Source: Thermoanaerobaculia bacterium (GTDB lineage Bacteria > Acidobacteriota > Thermoanaerobaculia > Multivoradales > UBA5704). From it: a stretch of DNA of 64,000 nucleotides. Shown here piece after piece: positions 1 through 10,300 of this stretch (position 1 is the stretch's first letter; every line of letters starts with the position of its first letter). The DNA is taken from the NCBI GenBank assembly GCA_036503335.1, contig DASXXC010000037.1:782-64781 (forward strand). The letters run 5' to 3'. The notes below the pieces were generated by a model, which worked only from the letters and a program-made list of their open reading frames with translations, was not told the origin of the DNA and searched no databases. Position numbers and translations under genes: made by a program.

Positions 1-210
1 TGCACAAGGGGGGTGGAAAGCCAAACTGGCCCAGGAACTGGTAAGTGCAGGCCTAAAGATTAATTTGCAGGGCCTACTTCAGTCCTAATACGCTCTAACC
101 TCGACGTGCCCCCAAAAAGTGCTGAAAGGGGGTGTCAGAGACTTCATGAACGACTTCTGACAGCGAGCACTGATGTAGCCTGCCAGCAGCGAATCCGAAC
201 GGGTGACCCT

Positions 211-1569
211 TCACAGCCGCCCCAGCCACGGCAGCACCTCTTCGGCAAGGTAGAGAGGCAGCGAGACCAGCCGGTACCTCAGGGGACCTTCGGGAGTCCG
301 TACCTCATGGCGCTCGTCGGCGAACGGGCCGGCGTGGAGCCGGATTCCGAGGTCGCGGCGGGCGCGCGCCAGGAATTGGTGCAGGGATTTGAGGGCTCCC
401 GAGGCTCCCGATTTCACCTCCACGGGCACCGGGAAGCCCGGCCCCGGGACCAGGTAGTCGGTCTCCGCGTTGGCGCGCGCCGATTCGCTGACCCAGAAGA
501 ACAGAGGATCGGCGATGGCCATCTGGTCGGCCAACAGTTGCTGGCCGGCGAAAATCTCCGCCAGACGGCCGTCCAGCAACCGTTCGAGCGGCTCGGTCGC
601 CAGGGTCTGAAAGCCGGTGCCCAGGGTGTGCAGGGCCAGCCCGACGTCCAAAGGCAGGAGCTTGGGCGCGGACTTGGGGCGCACGGCCAAGGGCAGGTCC
701 AGGGAGTAGGTGGGCCAGGCGCGGGTGATCAGCATCGCCGCCTCCAGCTTTCCCAAGGCGTCCTTCATGCGCTGGGATTTGAAGCCGGGGGCGAAGTTCT
801 CATACCGAAAACGAAGGCCGTAGTGGTGCGGCAGGTTCTCGAAGGCCGCTTCGAGATCAGAAACGTCGACGCCGCTACGGTACTTCTGGATGTCCTCCGC
901 GAACGCCTGGATCAGGTCGGTCTGCACCTGCCGGACCGCCGCCGGGCTGCCGGTCTCCACCCAGCGCGCCACCGCCTCGGGCATGCCTCCCGTGAGTAGG
1001 TAGTCCCGCATCAGCGTGAGCGCCTGCTCATGGAGAGGAGGGGTGATCTCAGAGCCAGGGATTATGCCCGCGCGGAGGCTCTCGGCGAGCACATCCTTGC
1101 CGAGTGCGTGGAGAAACTCCCGGAAGCTCAGCGGCCGCAGCGTCCGGAAGGTGACCCGGCCAACCGGAAAGGAGAACCCCCTCTCCTGCAGGCGCACTTC
1201 CAGCAAGGAGCCGGCCGCGATCACGCTGAGCCGAGGATGGTCCTCCCGGAAGAAGCGCAGCCACTGGATCGCCTCCGGGCTCTCCTGAGCCTCGTCGAGG
1301 AAGAGCAGGGTGCGCGCGGGAAAGGTCGCGATGTTGTGGCGCGCGGCGAGCGCCTTGAGGAGGTCTTCCGGCGAGCGGCAGGCACGGACCAGGGAGAGAT
1401 CCTGGTAGCGTTCCAGGTTGAGCTCGAGGAAGAGGTCGAAGCTGCGGCCCAGATGCCGGACCGACGACGACTTGCCGGTCTGGCGAGCCCCCCGGAGGAC
1501 GAGCGGTTTACGGTCGTCTCCCGCGGCCCAGGCGGCCAGGACGGAATCGATCTGGCGAGGGAAGTACAG
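211..1569 (-). CDS. AAA+ ATPase (AAA_14-like N-domain plus DUF4143-like C-domain)
   Basis: The 211..1224 ORF continues in frame upstream. My translation of 1225-1569 (minus strand) reads YFPRQIDSVLAAWAAGDDRKPLVLRGARQTGKSS...TLLFLDEAQESPEAIQWLRFF, giving Walker A (GARQTGKSS) and Walker B (LFLDEAQ). The C-terminal half resembles DUF4143. There is no ATG/GTG/TTG between the upstream in-frame TAA (1620-1618) and Walker A. CTG at 1569-1567 directly precedes YFPRQ, the usual N-terminus of this family, so a CTG start is proposed. Confidence 0.8.
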   Translation of the reverse strand: MYFPRQIDSVLAAWAAGDDRKPLVLRGARQTGKSSSVRHLGRSFDLFLELNLERYQDLSLVRACRSPEDLLKALAARHNIATFPARTLLFLDEAQESPEAIQWLRFFREDHPRLSVIAAGSLLEVRLQERGFSFPVGRVTFRTLRPLSFREFLHALGKDVLAESLRAGIIPGSEITPPLHEQALTLMRDYLLTGGMPEAVARWVETGSPAAVRQVQTDLIQAFAEDIQKYRSGVDVSDLEAAFENLPHHYGLRFRYENFAPGFKSQRMKDALGKLEAAMLITRAWPTYSLDLPLAVRPKSAPKLLPLDVGLALHTLGTGFQTLATEPLERLLDGRLAEIFAGQQLLADQMAIADPLFFWVSESARANAETDYLVPGPGFPVPVEVKSGASGALKSLHQFLARARRDLGIRLHAGPFADERHEVRTPEGPLRYRLVSLPLYLAEEVLPWLGRL

Positions 1570-1599
1570 GGCGAAGATCCTCCTGAAGAGCCGTACTGA

Positions 1600-1656
1600 G
1601 GATAAACATGGTCGTATTTATCCTCCGGAGAAGTATAAACACGAGGGTGTTTATCC
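1600..1656. promoter_or_regulatory. two tandem 24-bp dyad-symmetric operator-like sites in an AT-rich island
   Basis: GGATAAACATGGTCGTATTTATCC (1600-1623) and GTATAAACACGAGGGTGTTTATCC (1633-1656) are direct copies 33 bp apart. Each is an inverted repeat (ATAAACA..TGTTTAT type). They lie between the stop of the minus-strand gene at 1670 and the proposed ATPase start at 1569. The function (operator, promoter element or terminator hairpins) is not established. Confidence 0.35.
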
Positions 1657-1669
1657 GACAACCCCGCCC

Positions 1670-3007
1670 TTACCGGTTGAACGGGCGCTCGTTGATCCAG
1701 TGAAATCCTCGGCTGGTCAGGAGGAATTTGGACTGCTCCTCGCGGTGGAGCGTGGCGCGGACCTTCCGGCCGTCGAAGGTCCCCGCGATCTCCAGGCGTC
1801 CCGGCCCGGTCTCTAGGTAGGAGAGGTCGGCCTGCATCTTCTTCTTCGCGCGCGGGCCCGTGGTCAGGGTGAGCTTGTGGGTCGCGGGGGTCAGCTTGAG
1901 GATGTAGTACGTGAGCCGGCCGCCTTCCAACGGCTGGATCGCCAGCACGTCCGGATAGGGGAAGAGCACCCGGCGCCAGCGGTCCGTGTCGGTGAGGAGC
2001 GGCGGCCTCACCTGCCCGTCGATCGCCATCTCGTCCACGGTCCAGACGCCGTAGAGCGGTGGCTTGGAGGCGAGCTCGCCGTAGACCTTGCTCTGCTGGT
2101 AGGCGTCGAACAGCGAATAGCCGACGTAGGCGATGAAGAACACCGCCACCAGGGCCTCCGCGATCCTGCGGACCCGTGGACGCGCGATCAGGGGCGGCTC
2201 CTGGGCGGGCGTCGCCGCGCGGTTGAGCAGGAAGAAGTCGGCGAGCCGCCGCAGGTCCGGAGCCGCCAGGAAGAGGGCCTGCGCGAGCAGGTGCGAGGAG
2301 TAGAGCTTGACCGGCACGTCGAAGCTCATGTTGAGCATCACGACGTTGGTGAGCACGCCGATGCAGACGAGCGCGCCCAGCAGCGTGGTGCGGCGGAGGG
2401 AGAGCAGCAGGCCGCCGAGCATCTCGGCGGCGCCGCCGAAGAAGCAGTAGAGGGCCGAGAAGCCCATGAAGGTCCACAGGAGCCGCATCGGCGAGGACTC
2501 GCCGTAGGTCTCGAGGAGGAGGTCGGGCGTGGGGCTGGCGAACTGGAGCTCGATCACCTTGACGACGCCGTAGGTGATCATCGTGACGGCGAGCGCGTAG
2601 CGGACGTACACCCGCAGCCAGGCGTAGAGCCGCTGGTAATTGGGCCGCCGGCGGTCGAGGAGGGTCCAGACCAGTGCCACGCCGATCGCCAGGACCAAGT
2701 AGCAGAAGACCTGGACGTAATTGAAGGTGGTGTCCCCGCTGCCGTTGGGACGGACGGTGATGTCGATGTGGAACAGGTGTTTCCCGGTCCAGTGGACGGG
2801 AGCGTCCCACAGGGCGTCGAACCATCGGGAGGTTGCCTGGCCGGGGAGCATGCTCAAGGGGAACGGCAGGTTATAGAGGACGAGGTAGGCGAACGCGAAG
2901 CGGAAGAGGAGCCGTTTCGCGGCCCCCCAGACGGGAGCGGCGCTCCGCGCCTCCGTCGCCGGTTCCATCTCCGGAGTCTCCACCCGCAAAGCCAAAGGCG
3001 TCGTCAA
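1670..3007 (-). CDS. DoxX-like polytopic membrane protein with C-terminal soluble domain
   Basis: 445-aa ORF. The N-terminus (FRFAFAYLVLYNLPFPL), multiple hydrophobic helices and the C-terminal FHWINERPFNR motif match a family usually annotated DoxX-like in Bacteroidota/Acidobacteriota. Assignment is from memory of family motifs only. Confidence 0.6.
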   Translation of the reverse strand: MTTPLALRVETPEMEPATEARSAAPVWGAAKRLLFRFAFAYLVLYNLPFPLSMLPGQATSRWFDALWDAPVHWTGKHLFHIDITVRPNGSGDTTFNYVQVFCYLVLAIGVALVWTLLDRRRPNYQRLYAWLRVYVRYALAVTMITYGVVKVIELQFASPTPDLLLETYGESSPMRLLWTFMGFSALYCFFGGAAEMLGGLLLSLRRTTLLGALVCIGVLTNVVMLNMSFDVPVKLYSSHLLAQALFLAAPDLRRLADFFLLNRAATPAQEPPLIARPRVRRIAEALVAVFFIAYVGYSLFDAYQQSKVYGELASKPPLYGVWTVDEMAIDGQVRPPLLTDTDRWRRVLFPYPDVLAIQPLEGGRLTYYILKLTPATHKLTLTTGPRAKKKMQADLSYLETGPGRLEIAGTFDGRKVRATLHREEQSKFLLTSRGFHWINERPFNR

Positions 3008-3198
3008 GGCGATCTTCCTCCTGGCACAAAGTCGAAGCCGTGGCGGAATTTTACTACGCCGGACGGTGTGAGGCCCTGGGGCGCCGTAGATGCGCGGTTG
3101 TCTAAGTTGCTATCTTCACACCCGCAGGAAATCTCCGACCCAGGTGTTCCACCCCACAAAACGGCACCCGGACCGGGGCGCGACATCAGGAGGGCAGC

Positions 3199-5514
3199 AT
3201 GACGGCACGACGATGCGCAGGGATGCTGGCGGTTCTTCTCGGGGTTCTCTTCGGATCGACGATGCCGGGGCCGGCGCGGGGGGCCACGATCGCGGCGGCT
3301 CCGTCCTTCTCGCCGGCTCCTGGGACGTTCCCGACCCCGGTGAAGGTCACGATCAGCTCCAAAACGTCCGGGGCGACTTTCTACTACACGACGGACGGCT
3401 CCGCGCCCTCGCGCCAGAAGAGCCCGTTCTACAAGGGCCCGATCACCCTCGGGGCCACCACCACCCTCAAGGCGATCGCGTTCAAGAGCGGGTTCCGGGC
3501 GAGCCCGACCACCTCCGGCGTCTATAAGGTCAATGCGCCGCCGCCCCCCTCGGAGGCCGGCGGCACGCTGTTCCTGGCCTCGCTCACGCCCCAGGTCGGC
3601 GCCACGAGCACGGGGTCCGGCTCCGCCAGCCTGACCCTGACCCAGGATCAGACCGCGGCGGTGCTGCGCTATTCGTACTCCGGCCTCACGGGGCCGATCA
3701 CCAGCCAGCACATCCACGGTCCGGACGGCGCCATCCTCTTCGACCTCGACACCACGGCGCCGCAGGCCGACGGCTCGCGGGTCTGGCGGATCCAGCCGGT
3801 CGGGACCTATGACACGGCGAAGATCCTCTCCTCGCTGCGAGACGGCGGGTGCTATCTCAATCTCCACACCGCTGCCTATCCGTCGGGGGAGATCAAGGGG
3901 TACTTCCGGCAGTCGAGCGGCAGCCAGACCTTCACGCCGCCGCCCCCGCCGCCGGCCCTTCCGGGAGGCCCGCCCACGGCCCAGGACGCCGCGCGCTTCC
4001 TCTTCCAGGCCACCTACGGGCCGCGGCCGGGCGAGGTCGAGGCCCGGCAGCAGACGGGCTTCTCGAGCTGGCTCGACGCGCAATTCGCCATGCCCACGGT
4101 CTCCCATCTGGCGACCTATGATCAGTTGCTGGCCTCGTCGGGCGAGCAGCCCAACGCGGGGCTGGTGCGGGAGTCGTTCTTCGCCCAGGCGGTCCAGGGG
4201 CCCGACCAGCTCCGCCAGCGGATGACCCTGGCGCTCTCCGAGCTGTTCGTGGTCTCCGATCAGGACACCGTGCTGCGCAACAATCCGGAGGCCCTGGCGG
4301 CCTATCTCGACCTCCTGGAGCAGAACAGCTTCGGCAATTTCCGTGGTCTCCTGGAGGCGGTGACGCTCAGCCCGGCGATGGGGGTCTACCTCGACATGGC
4401 CGGGAGCAGCAAGTCGATCCCCGACAAGGGGGTCAATCCCAACGAGAACTACGCCCGCGAGGTCCTGCAGCTCTTCTCGATCGGTCTCTACGAGCTCCAT
4501 CCGGACGGCACGCTCCGTCTGGACAGCACCAATCAGCCGATCCCGACCTATGACCAGGACGTGGTGAAGGCGTTCGCCCGCGCGTTCACCGGCTGGACCC
4601 TGGGCGGCCAGAACCAGGGCAATCTGGGGAAGTTCTTCCATCCCGACCGCAACTTCCGCATTCCCATGGAGCCCTGGGCGGCGTTCCATGCCACGGACGA
4701 GAAACAGCTGCTCGACGGCAACGTCCTGCCGGCGGGGCAGAGCGCACATACCGACCTCCAGCAGGCGCTCGACCTCATCTTCAATCACCCCAACACCGGC
4801 CCCTTCTTCTGCCGCGGCCTGATCCAGAAGCTGGTGACCAGCAATCCCAGCCCGGGCTACGTCTACCGCTGCGGGCAGGCGTTCGCCAACAACGGCGCCG
4901 GGGTGCGCGGGGACCTCAAGGCGGTGCTGCGCGCCATCCTCCTCGACTACGAGGCGCGGGCGTCGTCGCTCGCCACCCGGCCGGACGAGGGGCACCTGCG
5001 CGAGCCGGTGGCGCGCATCGCCGGCCTCCTGCGTACCCTCGACGCCCGGCCCCGCAACGGCCGCTGGACGTTCGCCCGTTCGTTCGACCGGGCGGGGAAG
5101 AGCACGGGCCAGACCCCCCTGCATTCGCCCACGGTGTTCAACTTCTTCGAGCCCGGCTACGCGCTGCCGGGGGAGATCGCCCAGTCGGGCTTGGCCTCGC
5201 CGGAATTCCAGATCGCCACCGAGACGACGGTCGTCGGCGCCGGCAACGATCTCAAGGGGGCGCTCGGGGCGGGAGGTCCCAACAGCCAGATGATCCTCAA
5301 CCTGGCGCCGTTCCAGTCGCCGCAGGTGACGAGCGACGACGCCCTGCTCGACAAGGTCAACCAGCTGCTGTTCGCCGGCGCCATGTCGGACGCCACGCGG
5401 GGTATCCTGCGCGGCGCCCTCAGCGATCCAAATTTCCCCCGTCAGGCCAACCCGCGCGTGATCACGCTCCTGTGGCTCGCCAGCCTGGCTCCCGAATCCG
5501 TGGTCCAGAAATAG
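3199..5514 (+). CDS. secreted DUF1800-family protein with N-terminal chitobiase/hexosaminidase-C-like and CHRD-like domains
   Basis: AGGAGG lies upstream of the ATG and a signal-like N-terminus is present. GTFPTPVKVTISS..ATFYYTTDGSAPS resembles a CHB_HEX_C-like domain. SQHIHGP...CYLNLHTAAYPSGEIKGYF is CHRD-like. The remainder has DUF1800 character, and a DUF1501 partner gene lies immediately downstream. Confidence 0.75.
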   Translation: MTARRCAGMLAVLLGVLFGSTMPGPARGATIAAAPSFSPAPGTFPTPVKVTISSKTSGATFYYTTDGSAPSRQKSPFYKGPITLGATTTLKAIAFKSGFRASPTTSGVYKVNAPPPPSEAGGTLFLASLTPQVGATSTGSGSASLTLTQDQTAAVLRYSYSGLTGPITSQHIHGPDGAILFDLDTTAPQADGSRVWRIQPVGTYDTAKILSSLRDGGCYLNLHTAAYPSGEIKGYFRQSSGSQTFTPPPPPPALPGGPPTAQDAARFLFQATYGPRPGEVEARQQTGFSSWLDAQFAMPTVSHLATYDQLLASSGEQPNAGLVRESFFAQAVQGPDQLRQRMTLALSELFVVSDQDTVLRNNPEALAAYLDLLEQNSFGNFRGLLEAVTLSPAMGVYLDMAGSSKSIPDKGVNPNENYAREVLQLFSIGLYELHPDGTLRLDSTNQPIPTYDQDVVKAFARAFTGWTLGGQNQGNLGKFFHPDRNFRIPMEPWAAFHATDEKQLLDGNVLPAGQSAHTDLQQALDLIFNHPNTGPFFCRGLIQKLVTSNPSPGYVYRCGQAFANNGAGVRGDLKAVLRAILLDYEARASSLATRPDEGHLREPVARIAGLLRTLDARPRNGRWTFARSFDRAGKSTGQTPLHSPTVFNFFEPGYALPGEIAQSGLASPEFQIATETTVVGAGNDLKGALGAGGPNSQMILNLAPFQSPQVTSDDALLDKVNQLLFAGAMSDATRGILRGALSDPNFPRQANPRVITLLWLASLAPESVVQK

Positions 5515-5526
5515 GAGGAGACTGCA

Positions 5527-6921
5527 ATGAGCGACAACCAAGGCACGACCCGCCGCCAGTTCCTGGGCCGCACCGCCTGCGCCGCGGTGGGCATGACCGC
5601 TCTGGGCCACACCCTCTTCGACCTCCAGCGCATCGCCGCCGCGGCGACGCTGGCCGATTCCAAGTCCCTGGTCTGCATCTTCCTCTACGGCGGCAACGAC
5701 GGAAATAACGTCGTCGTTCCAACCCAAGCGAGCGATTACGCGCAGTACGCTTCTATCCGCTCCGGCCTGGCCCTGCCCAAGGAGTCGCTGCTGCCGTTGA
5801 ATCTCCTGGCGCCCACCCCGGGGGACTCGCGGCAGTGGGGGCTCCATCCCAGCCTCAAAGGGGTGCAGGGGCTGTTCAACGCCGGCCGGGCCGCCCTGGT
5901 CGGCAACGTGGGGCCGCTGGTGGCCCCGCTGACCCGTGACGAGTATCTCAACCACAGCGTGGCGGTGCCGCCGCAGCTCTTCTCCCACAGCGATCAGACG
6001 GTGCACTGGCAGACCTCGCTGCCCGATCAGCCGGCGAAGACCGGCTGGGGGGGCCGCACGGCCGACCTGCTGCGCTCGCTCAACGAGAACGCGAAGATCT
6101 CGATGTCGATCTCGGTCGCCGGCACCAACACCTTCCAGGTCGGCAACGTGGTCACCCAGTACCAGGTGTCGCCGGACGGGCCGGTGGGGCTGACCTCCTA
6201 CGTGCCCGCGGACCAGGGCTCCGACCCCTCCTCGAACGCCGTCCGGAGCCTGCTCGCGCGGACTTACAACAACCTTTTCGAGCGCGGCTACAGCGGGATC
6301 TTCCAGCGGGCGATCGACAACCAGGAGCTGCTGGCAGGCACCCTGGCCGGAGCCCCCACCTTGACCACGCAGTTTCCGGACAGCGACCTCGGGAGCCAGC
6401 TCAAGATGGTGGCCCAGCTCATCTCGGTGCGGGAGGCGCTGGGGCTGCGCCGGCAGGTCTTCTTCTGCGCCGCCCAGGGGTTCGACACCCACGGCGGCCA
6501 GGTGGGAACGACCCCCCTCGACGGCACCCAGGCCGACCTGCTGGCCGATCTGGACACCGCCGTCACCGCCTTCGACGCCGCCATGAACGAGCTGAAGGTG
6601 GCCGGCTCGGTGACCACCTTCACGGCCTCGGACTTCGGCCGCACCTTCATCTCCAACGGCGACGGCTCGGACCACGGCTGGGGGAACCACCACTTCGTGA
6701 TCGGCGGCGCGGTCAAGGGAGGCCGGATCTACGGCGAGCTCCCGACCCTCGCCCTCAACGGCCCGAACGACGCGGGAGACGGCCGCTGGATCCCCACCAC
6801 CTCGGTGGACGAGTACGCGGCGACCCTGGCCCGCTGGTTCGGCGTGGCCCAGAGCGACCTGCCGATGGTGCTGCCGAATCTGGGGCGGTTCGGGAGCCCG
6901 GATCTGGGGTTCATGGGGTAG
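5527..6921 (+). CDS. DUF1501-family (sulfatase-fold) protein with twin-arginine signal
   Basis: AGGAGG Shine-Dalgarno. The N-terminal TRRQFLGRTACAAVGM is a Tat motif. The C-terminal SDHGWGNHHFVIGG is typical of DUF1501. Canonical DUF1800-DUF1501 gene pair. Confidence 0.8.
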   Translation: MSDNQGTTRRQFLGRTACAAVGMTALGHTLFDLQRIAAAATLADSKSLVCIFLYGGNDGNNVVVPTQASDYAQYASIRSGLALPKESLLPLNLLAPTPGDSRQWGLHPSLKGVQGLFNAGRAALVGNVGPLVAPLTRDEYLNHSVAVPPQLFSHSDQTVHWQTSLPDQPAKTGWGGRTADLLRSLNENAKISMSISVAGTNTFQVGNVVTQYQVSPDGPVGLTSYVPADQGSDPSSNAVRSLLARTYNNLFERGYSGIFQRAIDNQELLAGTLAGAPTLTTQFPDSDLGSQLKMVAQLISVREALGLRRQVFFCAAQGFDTHGGQVGTTPLDGTQADLLADLDTAVTAFDAAMNELKVAGSVTTFTASDFGRTFISNGDGSDHGWGNHHFVIGGAVKGGRIYGELPTLALNGPNDAGDGRWIPTTSVDEYAATLARWFGVAQSDLPMVLPNLGRFGSPDLGFMG

Positions 6922-7370
6922 GGCCGCGGACCCGGGTGGCCTCCCGGCCGCCCTGAGGTGCCACGCTGCATAGACGGCATCGCCTCTGGAAACGTACAAC
7001 GAACGAAGCGAATCACGAGGAGAGACTCCTCAGGGCGTACGGGATGCCTCGCCTGGGAAACCAGGGGGCATCCAAGGGAGCCCTGAGGAGCGCCTCGTCG
7101 ATTGGCCAATGCATCAAATTCCATTCAAAGTTGAATGCGCGGCATCAACTATGGTCGCGGGGGCTTGCAATCCTCCCTGAGTGCGGCATATAGTGCAGCG
7201 ATAGAAGTCGGGAAAAGTGGCCTGAAACGAAACGCCGTCTCCGGCCAATAGGGGTGTATCGCACTGGCCGGAGTGGGTCCCCGGAGAGCGGTCTGTCCGC
7301 TCGAAGGGGAGGGTCTGTCCTGGATTGCCGGAACCGGCCTCGTGGCCGGTCTTCAATTGGGGAGTCGACG

Positions 7371-10300
7371 ATGGGGAATCGAAGCGTTTGCCGTCTCTTG
7401 GTGCTCCTGGGGATCCTGCTGGCGTGGCCCGCGATGGCCGCGGCCGGGGACCTCGGGAGCGCCCAGCTGCTCATCGCCGGCAGCCGGCTGACGGTCTCTC
7501 CGGAGAGCCAGACCGTCCCCTTCGACACGCCCACGATCGTCGAGACCCATCTCGAAGGCTACGACACGAGCCGCGGCACGCTGCCCGCGGATCTGCGGGT
7601 GCTCGCCGACCTCACCGGCCCCGAGGTCGATGGTGTCCTGGTCCTGGAGACCACCCCCAACCAGCCGTTCCGCATCCCGCGGCTGCGGCTCCAGGGGGAG
7701 TACCGGCTGGACAACATCCGACTGATGCAGGGGAGCACGCTGCTGGCCTATGCGGCGCCCCGCTCCTCCTCGGTGCTGGTCACCCAGGTCCTGATCACCA
7801 AGGTCACCTCGCGCGCGCTCACCCTGGACGAGATCCGCAGCTACGGCATCGTCGTCGACGACAGCAGCTTCCAGGCGTTCAACTTCACCTTCGCCTTCGC
7901 GGTGGCCGGCGAGACGGTCAACTACAACGTCCCGGTCATCTATCAGGGGCCGGCCAGCGATCCGGCGATTCTCTGGGAGGGGCCGAATTACGAGTCCTCT
8001 TCCTCCTGGCGGTCCTCCTCGGCCCGTTTCGAGCCGCCGCGGATGGCGCCGTTCCAGCTCCAGTTGGCGGGGAAAGCGGTGGATGACTCGAACGGCGGCT
8101 GCGAGGACCCGGAGGGGGACTGCGTCAAGCCGGACGTCATCCCGATCCCCGGAGTGATCCTCTTCCCCACGGACATCAGCCTGCTGCACCAGTTCTTCTC
8201 GGTGGTGCTGCTGGCGCAGAACGGCGCGCCGGCCGGGGACCGCCTCACCATCCGCGATCTCACCGCCAAGGTCACCCTCCCTCCCGGGCTCCGCCAGGCG
8301 AAGACCGATCCCCCCACGGCCCTCGGCGTGCCGGTGCCGGTGCGCGTGCCGGGGCCGGACGGCAAGCTGGGCACGGCGGACGACATCACCTTCCTGGTGG
8401 CGCAGGCCACCGGGCAGGCGGAGGTGGAGGTCGAGGGCCTCAGCGAGGGGACGCACCTCGTGCAGTTCGATCTCGAAGGCATCCTGGAGGGGCTGCCCGG
8501 GGGGCAGATCAGCCGGATCACCGGCCAGGCGCGCGGCGCCGTGATCGTGCGCGACCCCACGCTCAACGTCACCATCACCCATCCGGACACGGTGCGGACG
8601 GACGAGGAGTACACCATGCTCCTCACCGTCACCAACACGGGCAACGTGCCGGCCAACCAGCTCAAGGTCCGGCTGCCGGCCGAGAAGCTCTCCGGCGTGC
8701 AGGTGGTGGGGGAGAGCGAGAAGACGGTGACGGTGCAGCCCGGGGACGCCGAGATCCTCGACTTCCGGCTGAGGTCCCGCCGTACCGGCCGGGTCACCGC
8801 CACGGCCGCGCGCAGCGACTCCTCGTCGCTCTCGGCGACGTTCGACCTCACCGTCGGGGTGGGGGAGAACGGCATCCCGCTGTCGCCGAACGCGATCATC
8901 CTGCCCCGTTCGACCGATTCCCTGCCTTCGGACCTGATGCGCAACGGGCTCAATCTGATCGGCCTCGGCTTCTCGCTGGCGACCGCCCCGCCGGCGCTCC
9001 TGAAGGCCGACCAGCCGCGGCTCTCGCGGGCCCTGGTGGACGGGCGGATCTACGCCTTCGCCCAGGCCGGCAAGCAGGTCTCGCTCGGCGAGGACCTGTT
9101 CGACAGCGCGGCCGTGCTGGCGGCCGAGTGGACGGGCGTCCGCGACGCCGACTGGGACTGGGACCTGCTCCGGCGCACCACGCAGAAGGGGGCCCAGGTG
9201 GGCGCCTCGCTGGGCACGATCTTCGCCGCCGAGGCGGCGGCCCATTCGCCGCAGGAGGCTTTCGACCGCTTCGCCAAGACCACCGGCTATCTGCCGGCGA
9301 TGGAAGGGGCGCTCGCCACCGGCGCGGGGGTGACCCTGGAGGTCACCAGCCGCACCAACGGCCTGCGGCTGGCGGGGGACGGCAACGACTCGGCGCGGCT
9401 CCGTGCCCTGCCGTTCGCCGATCTCTACAGCCTGGGTAACGCTCAGATGGCGCTGCTGGCGGTGCCGGAGGAGGGGGGCTACCGGGCGCGCGTCCGGGCG
9501 TCCGTCGGCGGGCCGGTGGACCTCCATCTGCTGGTCCCGGGGAGCGACGGGGCCTTGCGGATGGTGCGCTGGACGGCGGTGCAGCTCTCCGCCGGCGGGA
9601 CCGCCACGGTCGACTTCCGCGCCGCCGATTCCTCCTTCACCCTCGCCGTGGACACCCAGGGGGACGGCACGGTGGACGACCAGATCGCGGGGAGCGTCGA
9701 GGTCCTCCAGCGGCGGCCGTTCCAGGCGATCGCGGCGGTGCAGAACGTCGAGGTCGACCCCTCGGGGCACGTGGTGGACGTCCTCTTCTCGGCCGATGTC
9801 GATCCACGGAGCCTGATCCCCAGCGACGCGCGGAAATTCACCATCCCGGGCAAGGTCTCGAACGGCGGCTCGGTGAAGGCCGAGCAGGACGTGACCGACG
9901 GCGCGGGGAACACGGTCCACAACCCGTTCGACGGATTGCGCAACACGCGCATCGTCCGGGTGGTGTTCAACAATCCGCTCTCTCCCTATACGACGCAGAG
10001 CCTCACGGTGAGCGGCGTGAAGAGCCCGCTCGGCGAGCAGGTGACGTCGGCGACGGTGCAGGTGCAGACGACGGGGGCGCAGCAGGGCACCCAGGTGGCT
10101 GGAACGGTCTACGGCTCGGACGGCCTGCCGGTCCCCTTCGCCCAGGTGGAGCTGCGGGAGAGCGACCCCTGCCTGTTCTGCGAGGAAGAGTGCCGCACGC
10201 ACAAGACCGCGGTGGTGCAGGCGGACGCTGCCGGCCACTTCCTCTTCGATTACGTCCGCCAGACGGGGTGCAGCGACGTCTATCAGCTCAAGGCGATCGA

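Noticed and set aside
1221-2825. 534-aa minus-strand ORF overlapping the DoxX-like gene
   Set aside because: It is an alternate frame of 1670..3007. It is Arg/Pro-rich, whereas the 445-aa frame gives a coherent membrane protein with family motifs.
3004-6999. 1331-aa minus-strand ORF spanning the DUF1800 and DUF1501 genes
   Set aside because: It is antisense to two plus-strand genes with recognisable domains. Its Arg/Gly/Ala/Pro-rich, low-information translation is typical of stop-poor antisense frames in high-GC DNA.
7254-7370. N-terminal extension of giant gene 1 given by the ORF track
   Set aside because: ATG 7371 has a GGGGAG Shine-Dalgarno and is immediately followed by a canonical signal peptide. 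The 39 upstream codons are Arg/Ser/Gly-rich with no function apparent.
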